Assembly: GCA_964291235.2 (NCBI GenBank)
Contig: OZ219816.1
Span: forward strand, 992,001 to 1,056,000
From: Vicinamibacteria bacterium
Lineage (GTDB): Bacteria; Acidobacteriota; Vicinamibacteria; Marinacidobacterales; Marinacidobacteraceae
Direction: 5' to 3'
DNA length: 64,000 bases
The notes below the pieces were generated by a model that saw nothing but the letters and a program-made list of their open reading frames with translations, did no database searches and was not told the DNA's origin. Positions 38,498-48,253 of this stretch are shown one piece after another. Every line of letters begins with the position of its first letter. The stretch's first letter is position 1. The position numbers and the translations under genes were made by a program.

Positions 38498-39756
38498 TCG
38501 CCGGCAGGAACCGGGAGCCCGCCTTGGCATCGGGAGCAGAACACCCCGCCGTCCTGTTCCGCGAGGTCCGGGCCGGCGACCGCCGTGCTCTCGGGCGCGC
38601 CATCACGCTCGTGGAGAGCGGCGCCGAGGGGGCGCGCGAGGCGGCGCTGGCGCTCGACTGGCCGGAGCGGGCGCGCGTCATCGCCCTGACCGGTCCTCCG
38701 GGGGTGGGGAAGAGCGAACTGGCGAATTGCCTGGCGGCGGCATTTGGCGCCGCCGGCCGGAGCGTGGCCGTGCTCGCCGTGGATCCGTCGAGCCCCCAGA
38801 CGGGCGGCGCGCTGCTGGGTGATCGGGTGCGATTCACTGGCGACTCGGGAAGGGTCTTCTTTCGAAGCATGGCTGCCCGCGACGGCGAGGCCGGTCTCGC
38901 TCCCGAGGTCCCGGCGGTGCTGCGACTGCTGGCCGCCGGCGGCGCCGAACGCATCCTGCTGGAGACTGCCGGGGTGGGGCAGGGCGACGATTCGGTTCTC
39001 CGCCTCGCCGACCTCGGGATGGCGATCACGGCGGCCGGTCTCGGAGACGCGGTCCAGGCCGCCAAGGCCGGGCTCTTCGAGGTGGCGGACTTCGTGGTGG
39101 TGAACCAGGCCGATCGGCCGGGCGCGGAGGTGACGGCTGCCTCGTTCCGTGCGCTGCGGACGGGACCGGTGTTCCTGACCTCAGCGGCCGAGGACACTGG
39201 AGTAGAGGATCTCAGGGTGGCGGCGGAACAGGAACTTGCGGCCCGCGGCCCGCTGGATCGTTCGCGGGTTCCCGGGGGTGAGGGACCGCTGGCGGATGAA
39301 ACCTCCCGTCCGGCGAATGTCAAATCGGCGAATCCCCATCCGGCGATCCGCCTGCACCACGTGGGAATCGCGGTGCCGGACGGGGGAGAAGCCGCCGAAC
39401 TCTGGCGCACCCTGCTGGGGCTGCGCGAAACGGGCCGCTACCGGGTGGAGGAGTTCGGCGTCCTCGCCCTGTTCCTGGCCCCCGAGGGCGAGTCGGCGCC
39501 GGCCGGCGGTTTCCTGGAACTGCTGGAGCCGACGGCTCCCGACAGTCCCGTGGCGCGCCACCTCGAGCGCCGGGGCCAGGGCCTCCATCACGTCTGTTTC
39601 GAGGTGGAAGACATCCACCGGACCCTGAAGGATCTCGAAGCACGGGGAGTTCGCCTCGTGGACCGTGAGCCGCGCGAGGGGGCAGGGGGACATCTGGTGG
39701 CGTTCATCCATCCGGCGAGCGCCGGAGGCGTACTGCTCGAACTGAAACAGGCCTAG
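38494..39756 (+). CDS. MeaB/ArgK GTPase fused to methylmalonyl-CoA epimerase
   Basis: [24 protein letters not shown], then LHHVGIAV...ELLEP...GLHHVCFEV...[13 protein letters not shown]. Confidence 0.8.
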   Translation: MIAGRNREPALASGAEHPAVLFREVRAGDRRALGRAITLVESGAEGAREAALALDWPERARVIALTGPPGVGKSELANCLAAAFGAAGRSVAVLAVDPSSPQTGGALLGDRVRFTGDSGRVFFRSMAARDGEAGLAPEVPAVLRLLAAGGAERILLETAGVGQGDDSVLRLADLGMAITAAGLGDAVQAAKAGLFEVADFVVVNQADRPGAEVTAASFRALRTGPVFLTSAAEDTGVEDLRVAAEQELAARGPLDRSRVPGGEGPLADETSRPANVKSANPHPAIRLHHVGIAVPDGGEAAELWRTLLGLRETGRYRVEEFGVLALFLAPEGESAPAGGFLELLEPTAPDSPVARHLERRGQGLHHVCFEVEDIHRTLKDLEARGVRLVDREPREGAGGHLVAFIHPASAGGVLLELKQA

Positions 39757-39807
39757 GTACCCGGCGCGGAGGAGGCGGGCAGTGAAGCCGGATACGCTTG
39801 GGGAACC

Positions 39808-40548
39808 ATGAAACCCGCTCTCTCCTTTCGCCGTGATTTGCTGATGCTCATGGGCGGCGTTCCGGTCGCCTACGCCCTCGGACTGTGGCTCGGTTCCATG
39901 GGACTCGCGGCCGCGCGCTGGGTGCTTCCCCTGCTGCTGGCGGCCCCCGCGATTCACGGGCTCTGGCGGTATCTGGGAGAGGGACGGCGTTCCGAAGCCG
40001 TCCGCCTCATGCTCGGCTGGGCGCTCGCTCTCGCGGTCTTCGGGCCGATTGCCATGGCGGTCGCCCCCGAGGCTGCGGAGGCATCGATATTCCGGGGTGC
40101 GGAATACCGGGATGAAATGACGGTCTGGCTCGCGACGGGAGAAGGCGCCGAAGGGGATATCCGACTCTTCTTGCCGATCCACCTCCAGCGGCTTGCTCTC
40201 TTCGTGCCTCTCTCCCTGGTCAGCGGCGGAGCGCTGGGGATTCTGATGGGCGCCGTGATGGTGAACTTCATGGACTTCTTCGTGGCTTCCTACGCGGCGG
40301 CGGCGAGCGGGGTCCCGGCAGCGCTCGCCTGGTTCCCGTGGGCGCTCTGTCGGGTGGCCGCGTTCGTCATCCTCGGAGTGATCCTCGCGGAGCCGCTGGT
40401 GCGGCGGCTCGGGAAGGTGACCGCGCCGCTCCAGCCGGGCCGTGGCCGACTGCTCTACGTGGCGGGTGGGCTACTGATCGCCGACGTGGTCCTGAAGGCA
40501 GCGCTCGCCCCCATGTGGGGACGGTTCCTCGCCGGCTTTCTCAACTGA
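39808..40548 (+). CDS. Integral membrane protein (SpoIIM-like, uncertain)
   Basis: About 7 hydrophobic segments; SLVSGG.LG..MG...VN.M motif. Confidence 0.65.
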   Translation: MKPALSFRRDLLMLMGGVPVAYALGLWLGSMGLAAARWVLPLLLAAPAIHGLWRYLGEGRRSEAVRLMLGWALALAVFGPIAMAVAPEAAEASIFRGAEYRDEMTVWLATGEGAEGDIRLFLPIHLQRLALFVPLSLVSGGALGILMGAVMVNFMDFFVASYAAAASGVPAALAWFPWALCRVAAFVILGVILAEPLVRRLGKVTAPLQPGRGRLLYVAGGLLIADVVLKAALAPMWGRFLAGFLN

Positions 40549-40563
40549 CGCCACCTGGCCCGG

Positions 40564-40586
40564 GGAGCGCCGGCCTCCAGTCGGCA
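40564..40586 (+). repeat. Isolated REP-like half GGAGCGCCGGCCTCCAGTCGGCA
   Basis: Near-identical to the unit starts in the 12.56-13.2 kb array. Confidence 0.65.
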
Positions 40587-40710
40587 CAGCCCGCCGGAGG
40601 CGGGCGGCGTGACGAACCCGCTCGGCGGGATGGCTCGCGTCTCGGCCGGAACCGCACCAGCCGTCATGGCGGCAGTACGACGCGCCGAACCAGTGGATGG
40701 GGCGTGCCGG

Positions 40711-40785
40711 TGGTGGGCGATGCAGGATTTGAACCTGCGACTTCTACCGTGTGAAGGTAGCACTCTCCCGCTGAGTTAATCGCCC
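40711..40785 (-). tRNA. tRNA-Val(CAC)
   Basis: Reverse complement GGGCGATTAACTCAGCGGGAGAGTGCTACCTTCACACGGTAGAAGTCGCAGGTTCAAATCCTGCATCGCCCACCA; CCA encoded. Confidence 0.95.
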
Positions 40786-40985
40786 GTTCCCGGGTTCCCG
40801 CCGGGGGCTCCGATCTGGAACCCGCCCCGGCTACGGAAGGCAGGGACGCTAGCAATCCGCCTCCTGCGCGTCAACCCGAGTGAGGAGCGTTTCCTGCAGC
40901 TGGGACCGCGCCAAGATGCTCCCGACAGGTTGCAGGTCGGCGACGACGCAAGACGGAGGACCGGCGGTCCCTCGGGATAGCGGTG

Positions 40986-42401
40986 CTAAAAGGCCTCCAC
41001 CTTCATCATGTTGGTGGCGCCGCTCAACTGGTGGGTCCCGCAGACGAGCACCACCCGGTCGCCCGAAGCGACGTAGCGTTCGGATCGGAGCCGGTCCAGC
41101 GCCCGGCTGAGCATCCTGTCCGTGGTTCGAAAACGCCGGTTCCGCATGGGGCGGACCCCCCAGCGGAGCGCCAGCCGCCGATAGACGTGGTCTGATGTCG
41201 TGAAACCGAAGATGCCGCAGCGCGGCCGCATGCGGCTCACCTGGCGCACGGTGGCTCCCGAATCCGTGAACGCGACGATGTAGGCCGCGTCGATGGCGGT
41301 GGCCGCTTCCCGGGCGGCGGCGGCGACGGCGTGCTCCACGCGACTCCGGTCGATCAGGGCCTGGTAGTGCGGCAGCTCGCCGAAGTCGGCATGTTGCTCG
41401 GTGTAGGTAGCCAGGCGGTCCAAAGTGCGCACCGCCTCCACCGGGTATTCGCCGACCGACGTTTCGCCGGAGAGCATCACGGCGTCGCTGCCGTCCAGGA
41501 TCGCGTTCGCCACGTCGGAGGCTTCGGCGCGGGTCGGCATGGGATGCGAAATCATGGAGTCCAGCATCTGGGTCGCGGTGATTGCGATCTTGCCTCGCGA
41601 ATTCGCCTGGCGAATGACCCACTTTTGCACGATGGGAACGCGTTCGGCGGAGGTCTCGACCCCGAGATCACCGCGCGCCACCATCACCCCGTCCGACACC
41701 TGGAGGATTTCGTCGAGGTTTTCCAGCGCTTCGGGCCGTTCGATCTTGGCGATCACCGGAATGTCCTCGCGGTCGAGGCGGGCGAGCAGTCCGCGCACGG
41801 TCTCCACGTCCCGAGCTCGCTGAACGAACGACACCGCGAGATAGTCCACTTCGGCAGCCACCGCCGCCTGCAGGTCGGCGCGGTCCTTGACCGTGAGCGC
41901 CGGACCGGAGAGGGGCACCCCCGGCAAGTTGATGCCCTTGCGGGAAGACAGGATGCCTCCCACCACGACTTCGGTTTGGACGTCCTTGTCCGCGGCCTTG
42001 AGCACCCGCAGCTTGAGAAGTCCGTCGTCGAGCAGGATGAAGTCGCCGGGACGGACGTCGCGGGGGAGCTGGGGGTAGGTTGTGGAAACGGCTTCAGCGC
42101 TTCCCTCGATCACCCTTGAGGTGATCACGAAGCGGGCTCCCGGCTCCAGTTCGACGCCCTCGGCGGGTACCTCGCCGGTGCGCATCTTGGGACCGGCGAG
42201 GTCCGCGAGGGTCGCGATGGCGCGGCCCGCCTTGCGAGCGGCGCGGCGCACCAGGCGAACCCGGCTCTGCAGGCTGCCGGCGGTTTCGTGCGCGCAGTTG
42301 AGCCGTGCCGCATCCATCCCGGCGTCCACGAGAGCTTCGACGGTGGCGGCGGTGCGGGTGGCCGGCCCCAGGGTGGCGATGATCTTGGTTCGGCGAAACA
42401 T
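40986..42401 (-). CDS. pyk: Pyruvate kinase
   Basis: RRTKIIATLGP, IAKIER, MVARGDLG, ATQMLDSM, PTRAEASDVANA. Confidence 0.95.
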   Translation of the reverse strand: MFRRTKIIATLGPATRTAATVEALVDAGMDAARLNCAHETAGSLQSRVRLVRRAARKAGRAIATLADLAGPKMRTGEVPAEGVELEPGARFVITSRVIEGSAEAVSTTYPQLPRDVRPGDFILLDDGLLKLRVLKAADKDVQTEVVVGGILSSRKGINLPGVPLSGPALTVKDRADLQAAVAAEVDYLAVSFVQRARDVETVRGLLARLDREDIPVIAKIERPEALENLDEILQVSDGVMVARGDLGVETSAERVPIVQKWVIRQANSRGKIAITATQMLDSMISHPMPTRAEASDVANAILDGSDAVMLSGETSVGEYPVEAVRTLDRLATYTEQHADFGELPHYQALIDRSRVEHAVAAAAREAATAIDAAYIVAFTDSGATVRQVSRMRPRCGIFGFTTSDHVYRRLALRWGVRPMRNRRFRTTDRMLSRALDRLRSERYVASGDRVVLVCGTHQLSGATNMMKVEAF

Positions 42402-42405
42402 GCTT

Positions 42406-43128
42406 CTACAGGGGCCGCAGCTCCGTCTCCGTCGCGTTGGCTGTCGGCGCTGACCCGCGCCGCGGCTCCAGAATGGTCACCAGTACCTTGAGGGTCGCCA
42501 GGAAAGCGGCGAGGGGCGGACCCGAAGAGTCTCCCCGGGGCACTTGCCGGCTCGAAACGGGAACCTCCACCGAGGGAACCCGGGCTCGGGCGGCACTCAC
42601 CTGCATCTCGGCAAGCCAGCCGTAGTCCGGGTCCGAGAGTCCCCACCGGACGAGATTCGGCCAGCGAACCGCCCGAAAGGGCCCCAGGTCGGTGAAGCGA
42701 TAGCCGTAGCGGAGGAGGACGAGACCGGTCGCGATCCAGTGCCCGAACCGAACCAGGCCCGGATAGGTCCCCGGCTCCGGTTCCCCGCGGCTCCGCGACC
42801 CCACGACGAAGTCCACCCCCGGGGAAAGCAGCGGAGAGAGCACCGCGGGCAATTCCTCGGCGTCATCGGCGCCATTTCCGCGGAGAAACACCACGACGTC
42901 CGGAGGGGCTTCGGCGAGATGGGCCATCCCCGCCAGGCAGGCGCGCCCGTACCCCGGGCGCTTCTCCTCCACCGCTGTCGCCCCATAACGCCGGGCCGTC
43001 TCGACGATGCCGGTGTCCGGTGGTCCGACGACCACGACTTCCCGCAGATGGCCGTGCGGGAGAGCCCCGAGCACCCGGGAAAGCCGCGGTCCGCCGCCGG
43101 GTGCGGGAATGATCGCCGCCGTTCGCAA
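42406..43128 (-). CDS. Glycosyltransferase family 2-like protein with degenerate acidic motifs
   Basis: GYG.AC..G, DFVVGSR, FTDLGPFRA, YGW..EMQ, EVPVS; TTG start at 43128 assumed. Confidence 0.75.
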   Translation of the reverse strand: MRTAAIIPAPGGGPRLSRVLGALPHGHLREVVVVGPPDTGIVETARRYGATAVEEKRPGYGRACLAGMAHLAEAPPDVVVFLRGNGADDAEELPAVLSPLLSPGVDFVVGSRSRGEPEPGTYPGLVRFGHWIATGLVLLRYGYRFTDLGPFRAVRWPNLVRWGLSDPDYGWLAEMQVSAARARVPSVEVPVSSRQVPRGDSSGPPLAAFLATLKVLVTILEPRRGSAPTANATETELRPL

Positions 43129-43130
43129 GT

Positions 43131-43333
43131 CAGGAGCCCGAGGACCGGACGACGTGAGCGCCGAGGGGCGCAAGGCCCGGTTCTCCCGGTGGGGGTCTGA
43201 TGGATCGGACGCACGAGGGAGAAATACCGAATGTCCTTCGACCGAAACAAAACGATGATGGACGCGAAGGCGCGTGGTTCGGCCGGGAGGGTTCGCCGGC
43301 CGAACACCGCATGACTATGTGCACAGGCTGCTG
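43131..43333 (-). mobile_element. MITE family A, degenerate reverse copy (18-bp unit at 43177-43194)
   Basis: CACAGGCTGC terminus at 43322-43331; reverse-strand core TTTCGGTCGAA...GGTATTTCTCCCTC and CTCGGCGCTCACG. Confidence 0.7.
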
Positions 43334-43371
43334 AATCTTTGCGGGGCAGTATATGGGCCGGTTCCCGTAGG

Positions 43372-45015
43372 ATGGACTCCGTGAGCGACTTGTGGATCCG
43401 ACTTCGAATTGTCGTGTTGGCCGGGACGGCGTTCGCCGCCGCCTGTGCGGGCGGACCTGTGCCACCCGCCGAGGAGGGATCCGCGGTGGTCTTCCGCGGT
43501 GGCCAGATCCTCGACGGAACCGGGAACCCGTGGTACCGGGGCGATGTGCTGGTGGTCGGAGACCGCATCGCCCGGGTCGGCGTCATTCCGGCCGAAGCGC
43601 TTCCGGCGGGGACGCGCGCGGTGGAGGCGGCGGGGCTCACCATCATGCCCGGCTTCATCGATCCGCACTCGCATGCCGGCCCGGGGCTCACCACTCCCGA
43701 ACTCCGCGCCGGCGAACCCGTCATCCGGCAGGGCATCACTACCGTGATGGTGAATCCGGACGGAGGTGGCGAGGTCGATCTGGCGGAGCAGGGCCGCCGC
43801 CTCAGCGAAGGCGGCATCGGCGTCCACGTCGCCCTGATGATCGGCCACGGAGCGGTTCGTCGCGAAGTGCTCGGGATGGAGGATCGGCCGCCGACCGAGG
43901 AGGAACTCGAGCGGATGGCCGGGCTCGTGCGCGCCGGGATGGCGGCCGGGGCATTCGGGATGACCGGAGGCCTCTACTACGCCCCCGGGAGTTACGCCGC
44001 GAATGACGAAGTGGTGCGCCTCGCGGCGGAGATCGCGCCGTTCGGCTCCTTCATCAGTCACATTCGCGATGAGAGCGACTACAACATCGGCCTGGTCGCG
44101 GCCGTGGGGGAGGTCATCGAGGTCGCCGAGACCCACGGCATCCGCGGGGTGGTGACCCACTTCAAGGCGCTGGGGCCTCCGGTGTGGGGGTTGAGCCGGG
44201 AGGCGACCGCGGCGATCGACGCGGCGCGAGCCCGGGGGGTTGAGGTTTTCGCCGACCAGTACCCGTATGAGGCGTCCGGAACCAGCATCGTTGGGGCGCT
44301 CGTTCCCCGCTGGGCGCTCGCGGGCGAAACGATGCCGGGAATGCCCTCCCCCCTCGAGAACAGGCTGGCGAGTCCCTCGGAACGGGCTCGCCTGAGCGCC
44401 GACATGCTGGTGGCGCTGGAGCGGCGGGGCGGGGCCGAAACGCTCCTCCTGTCGCGGCACCGCGCCGATACCTCGCTCGAAGGGCGATACCTGAGCGACC
44501 TGGGGGAGGAGTGGGGTCTGGAGCCCATCGATGCGGCGCTTCGCCTCCTCGGTGCCGGCGGCGCCGGGCTCGTGTCCTTCAACATGTCGGAAGAGGACAT
44601 CGCGCACATCATGTCGCGCGAGTGGACGATGGGCTCGTCGGACGGCGGTCTGGTCCCGGCTGGCGAAGGACGGCCGCACCCGCGCTACTACGGCGCCTTT
44701 CCGCGGCGCATCGCGCGCTACGTGCGCGAGCGGGGAGTGCTCACGCTTCCCGAAGCGGTTCGGGGGATGACGAGCCTGCCGGCGACCGTATTCCGCATGC
44801 ACGACCGGGGACAGGTGGCCCCGGGGCGGATCGCCGATCTGCTCGTGGTGGATGTCGAGGCGTTTCGCGACGCCGCCACCTACGAGGACCCTCACGCCCT
44901 CGCCGAGGGAATCGTGCACGCCCTGGTGGCCGGGGTTTTTGCGATCGACAACGGGGAGGCGACGGGAGCGCTCGCCGGGCGGGTGCTGACCCCGCACTGG
45001 CTTGACAGCGAATGA
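43372..45015 (+). CDS. N-acyl-D-amino-acid deacylase (D-aminoacylase), lipoprotein
   Basis: PGFIDPHSH, GLYYAPG, HIRDE, DQYPY, SSDG, HPRYYGAFPR; lipobox FAAA-C; start approximate. Confidence 0.9.
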   Translation: MDSVSDLWIRLRIVVLAGTAFAAACAGGPVPPAEEGSAVVFRGGQILDGTGNPWYRGDVLVVGDRIARVGVIPAEALPAGTRAVEAAGLTIMPGFIDPHSHAGPGLTTPELRAGEPVIRQGITTVMVNPDGGGEVDLAEQGRRLSEGGIGVHVALMIGHGAVRREVLGMEDRPPTEEELERMAGLVRAGMAAGAFGMTGGLYYAPGSYAANDEVVRLAAEIAPFGSFISHIRDESDYNIGLVAAVGEVIEVAETHGIRGVVTHFKALGPPVWGLSREATAAIDAARARGVEVFADQYPYEASGTSIVGALVPRWALAGETMPGMPSPLENRLASPSERARLSADMLVALERRGGAETLLLSRHRADTSLEGRYLSDLGEEWGLEPIDAALRLLGAGGAGLVSFNMSEEDIAHIMSREWTMGSSDGGLVPAGEGRPHPRYYGAFPRRIARYVRERGVLTLPEAVRGMTSLPATVFRMHDRGQVAPGRIADLLVVDVEAFRDAATYEDPHALAEGIVHALVAGVFAIDNGEATGALAGRVLTPHWLDSE

Positions 45016-45049
45016 GCCACGCTACGGTTCCGGCCCGGAGGTAAACCTC

Positions 45050-46432
45050 GTGACACGTGAATCCGCGATCGCCGAGACCATCCTCGATACGGTCGGGGAC
45101 ACGCCGCTGGTCGGGCTGCGGCGGATCGGCCAGGGACTTCCCGGCCGGGTCGCGGTGAAGATGGAGTCCTTCAATCCCGGCGGCTCCGTGAAGGACCGGA
45201 TCGCGATCTCCATCGTGGAGGACGCGGAGCGCCGCGGCGATCTGAAGCCCGGCGGGACGATCATCGAGGGGACCTCGGGCAACACCGGGATGGGTCTCGC
45301 GCTGGTTGCCGCGGTGAAGGGGTACCGCTCCATCTTCGTGATGCCGGACAAGATGAGCGACGAGAAGATCCGGGCGCTCCGGGCGCTCGGCGCCGAGGTG
45401 GTGGTGACCCCGACTGCGGTGGAACCCGAAGATCCGCGCAGCTACTACAGCGTGGCCAAGCGTCTGGTTGATGAGACCCCCGGCGCGCTCTACGCCAACC
45501 AGTACCACAACCCTGTAAATCCCGAGACCCACTACCGGACGACCGGACCGGAACTGTGGGGACAGGTCGGCCCCGAAATCCACACGCTGGTCTGCGGGCT
45601 CGGGACCGGAGGCACCATCACGGGCACCGGCCGTTACCTGAAGGAACAGAATCCGGAGATCCGGGTGGTTGGCGCCGACCCGGTCGGCTCGCTCTACGAC
45701 GAGTACTTCCGCACCGGAAAGATCGGCGAGGCCCGCAGCTACAAGGTGGAAGGGATCGGCGAGGACTTCATCCCTTCCACCATCGACTTCGCGGTGGTGG
45801 ACGAGGTGATCCAGGTCACCGACCGGGACTCCTTCGTGATGACCCGGCGCCTGGCCCGCGAAGAGGGGCTCTTCGTCGGCGGCTCGGCGGGCACCGCGAT
45901 GGTTGCGGCGCTCGAAGCGGCTTCCCGGGTACCGCCGGGCGCGCTCGTCGTGGTGCTGGCTCCCGACGCCGGGGGGCGGTACCTGTCCAAGATCTTCAGC
46001 GACGACTGGATGCGCCAGAACGGCTTCCTCGAAACCGCCCGGGACGGCGCGAGGGTGGGCGATGTTCTCGCCTCGAAGGGGGGACAGGAGATCCTCAGTG
46101 TTCCGGAGAGCGCAGGTGTCCGGGAAGTGGTCGCGCTGATGCGAAAGCACGACGTCTCCCAGCTTCCCGTGCGGGACGACAGCGGCTTCACCGGGGTGGT
46201 CACGGAGGCTTCGCTTCTGGATGGCCTCTTCTCCGGAGGGGTCGGACGGAGTGATCCGATCCGCGCCTTCGTAAAGACGGACAAGATCGCGTCCGTGGAT
46301 GCGGGAAGCCCGCTTGAAGAGCTGGCCCAGATCTTTGCCGGCGGCCGTATTACGGTAGTGACCGAGGCCGGACGGGCCGTCGGCCTCCTCACCCCGATCG
46401 ACCTGCTCGACTACCTCTCGCGGGAGGGTTAG
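45050..46432 (+). CDS. cbs: Cystathionine beta-synthase with C-terminal CBS domains
   Basis: NPGGSVKDR, TSGN, NQY.NP.NP..HY, GLGTGGT, YKVEGIGEDF, CBS pair; GGAGGT RBS. Confidence 0.9.
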   Translation: MTRESAIAETILDTVGDTPLVGLRRIGQGLPGRVAVKMESFNPGGSVKDRIAISIVEDAERRGDLKPGGTIIEGTSGNTGMGLALVAAVKGYRSIFVMPDKMSDEKIRALRALGAEVVVTPTAVEPEDPRSYYSVAKRLVDETPGALYANQYHNPVNPETHYRTTGPELWGQVGPEIHTLVCGLGTGGTITGTGRYLKEQNPEIRVVGADPVGSLYDEYFRTGKIGEARSYKVEGIGEDFIPSTIDFAVVDEVIQVTDRDSFVMTRRLAREEGLFVGGSAGTAMVAALEAASRVPPGALVVVLAPDAGGRYLSKIFSDDWMRQNGFLETARDGARVGDVLASKGGQEILSVPESAGVREVVALMRKHDVSQLPVRDDSGFTGVVTEASLLDGLFSGGVGRSDPIRAFVKTDKIASVDAGSPLEELAQIFAGGRITVVTEAGRAVGLLTPIDLLDYLSREG

Positions 46433-46632
46433 CAGCCTGGGGCATACCCCACGCGGCCCAGTTCTCCCGGTGGGGGCTCGACGGGCGATGCATCCCGGCG
46501 GAATCGCGCCTCTAGGAGGCGCTCATCGTTGCGTTTCCGTCGAAACAAACTCGGTATTCCTCCCTCACGCGCCTGGTCAGCCAGGCGCCTCACCCGTCTG
46601 TTGACTCGTGTGAGTTTCACCACGGGCTGCTA
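46430..46632 (+). mobile_element. MITE family A, copy 3 (18-bp unit at 46458-46475)
   Basis: TA-GCAGCCTGGGGCA...GTTTCACCACGGGCTGC-TA, starting in the cbs stop codon. Confidence 0.85.
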
Positions 46633-46648
46633 AGAGCGGCAGCTCCGC

Positions 46649-48253
46649 TTACATCCGCCGCCAGCGGGGACCCGCGCCGCCCTCGCGCGGAGTCCATCGC
46701 GGACCGAAGACATCGGCGGCCCGGCAGTCCACGCAGTTCGAGGGGTTGACCGTCAACCCGTCGTCGCGGACCTCGTACACCCCGGCCGGGCAGATGCGTT
46801 CCCAAAGGGCCCCGGTTTCCGGCGGCACCTCGTCGGGAAGCACGAGATGGGAGGGGATGTCGTCCCGCGTGTTGTTTCCGGAACGGAAGACGCCGTCGAG
46901 CTTCGAAAACGGCGGGGCGGGGACGGACTCGGGCGCCCGTCGGGTCCGCGCCACATCCTCCTCCACCGCGATCGTGCCGCGGGGAAGCGCTCCGGCGGTC
47001 AGCGTCGCGAGTCCGGAGACCAGCGCCCCGCGGAAGAAGCCGCGCTGAAACGCCGGCCGCATGTTCCGGTTGCGTCTCAGGTCGAGGAGGATCTCGCTGT
47101 CCTGCAGCGAGGCGTCATACATCGAAAGCGGAACTCTCGCCCGCAGGTGCGCCATCGCCGCATCGGCGGCCAGGATTCCCGAGAGCATCGCGTAGTGAAT
47201 CCCCTTCAGCGATGGAACGTCCACGAATCCGGCGCTGTCCCCGACGAGCAGGAGTCCCTCTCCCGAAACGCGCTCGGGGAGCGACCCGAAACCCCCTTCG
47301 GGAATCAGGCGGGCGCCCCACTCGAGGCATTCCCCGTCCCGAAGATGAGGCTGGATCCGCGGATGCGCCTTCAACAACTGCAGGGCCCGGTGCGCATCGA
47401 GCGCCTCCGTCGGCGCATCCAGCCCGACCACCATGCCCACCGCCGAGAGGCTCTCACCCATCGGATACAGGAAACCGCCCCCGAACGCCGATCGGGGCAG
47501 CGGGTATCCCATCGTGTGGATCACCCGGTCCGGAGGGTTCTCCGACTTCCAGAGTTCTTTTACCCCCAGCGCAAAGATGGACGGATTCGGCGAAGAAATG
47601 CCGAGCCGCTCACGCCACGCCAGTCCCAACGGGCCGCGAGCCCCCTCGGCAAGGATGACCACCCGCGCCGCGATCTCGGTGGAAGGTTCGAAGCCCGGCC
47701 CGGGAGAGCCGTCCTTCCGCCGGCCGGCGGGCACGGTCTCGAGCCCGACCACCCGGTTGTCCTGCATCAGCAAGGAGCCGATCGCAAATCCGGGAAATAT
47801 CTCGACTCCGAGGGTTTCCGCCCGCTCACCGAGCCAGCGGGTGATCTCCGAGAGGGAGGCCGTGAAGAAGCCGTGGTTCCGCATGGTGGGCGGCGTCGGT
47901 ATCCGGATCCCGCGGCGGGCGGTGAGGAAGTGAACGCTCTCGCGGCGGACGCGCTCGCGGAACGGGAACGCGTCCTCCTCGAGATCGGGGAACAGTTCCC
48001 GGAACCCGACCGGGTTGACGACCGCTCCCGAAAGGGAGTGTCCTCCGAGTTCTCCGGCTTTTTCGAAGACGCAGATGGACAGTTCCTGGCCCGCCGTTCT
48101 GGCGGTCTGCGCCAGGCGGATCGCGGTGGCCAGTCCCGCCGGCCCGCCACCCACGATGGCGACGTCGAAGGGCAGGGACTCGGGACCGGGCGTTCGGTCG
48201 GCCAGCAACCGACCGAGGGGAAGCGGGGGCCGCGTTCTCCCGAGATCGATCAT
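46649..48253 (-). CDS. ETF-quinone oxidoreductase (FixC/FixX-type)
   Basis: IVGGGPAGL, H.LSGA, AEGARG, GVKELW, IPEGG, GDSAG, KGIH.AM.SG, CPAGVYE. Confidence 0.9.
   Translation of the reverse strand: MIDLGRTRPPLPLGRLLADRTPGPESLPFDVAIVGGGPAGLATAIRLAQTARTAGQELSICVFEKAGELGGHSLSGAVVNPVGFRELFPDLEEDAFPFRERVRRESVHFLTARRGIRIPTPPTMRNHGFFTASLSEITRWLGERAETLGVEIFPGFAIGSLLMQDNRVVGLETVPAGRRKDGSPGPGFEPSTEIAARVVILAEGARGPLGLAWRERLGISSPNPSIFALGVKELWKSENPPDRVIHTMGYPLPRSAFGGGFLYPMGESLSAVGMVVGLDAPTEALDAHRALQLLKAHPRIQPHLRDGECLEWGARLIPEGGFGSLPERVSGEGLLLVGDSAGFVDVPSLKGIHYAMLSGILAADAAMAHLRARVPLSMYDASLQDSEILLDLRRNRNMRPAFQRGFFRGALVSGLATLTAGALPRGTIAVEEDVARTRRAPESVPAPPFSKLDGVFRSGNNTRDDIPSHLVLPDEVPPETGALWERICPAGVYEVRDDGLTVNPSNCVDCRAADVFGPRWTPREGGAGPRWRRM

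Noticed and set aside
40549-40985. tRNA-Val (and tRNA-Arg at 61356) as island integration sites
   Set aside because: No integrase and no duplicated tRNA 3' end seen; the flanks are housekeeping-type genes
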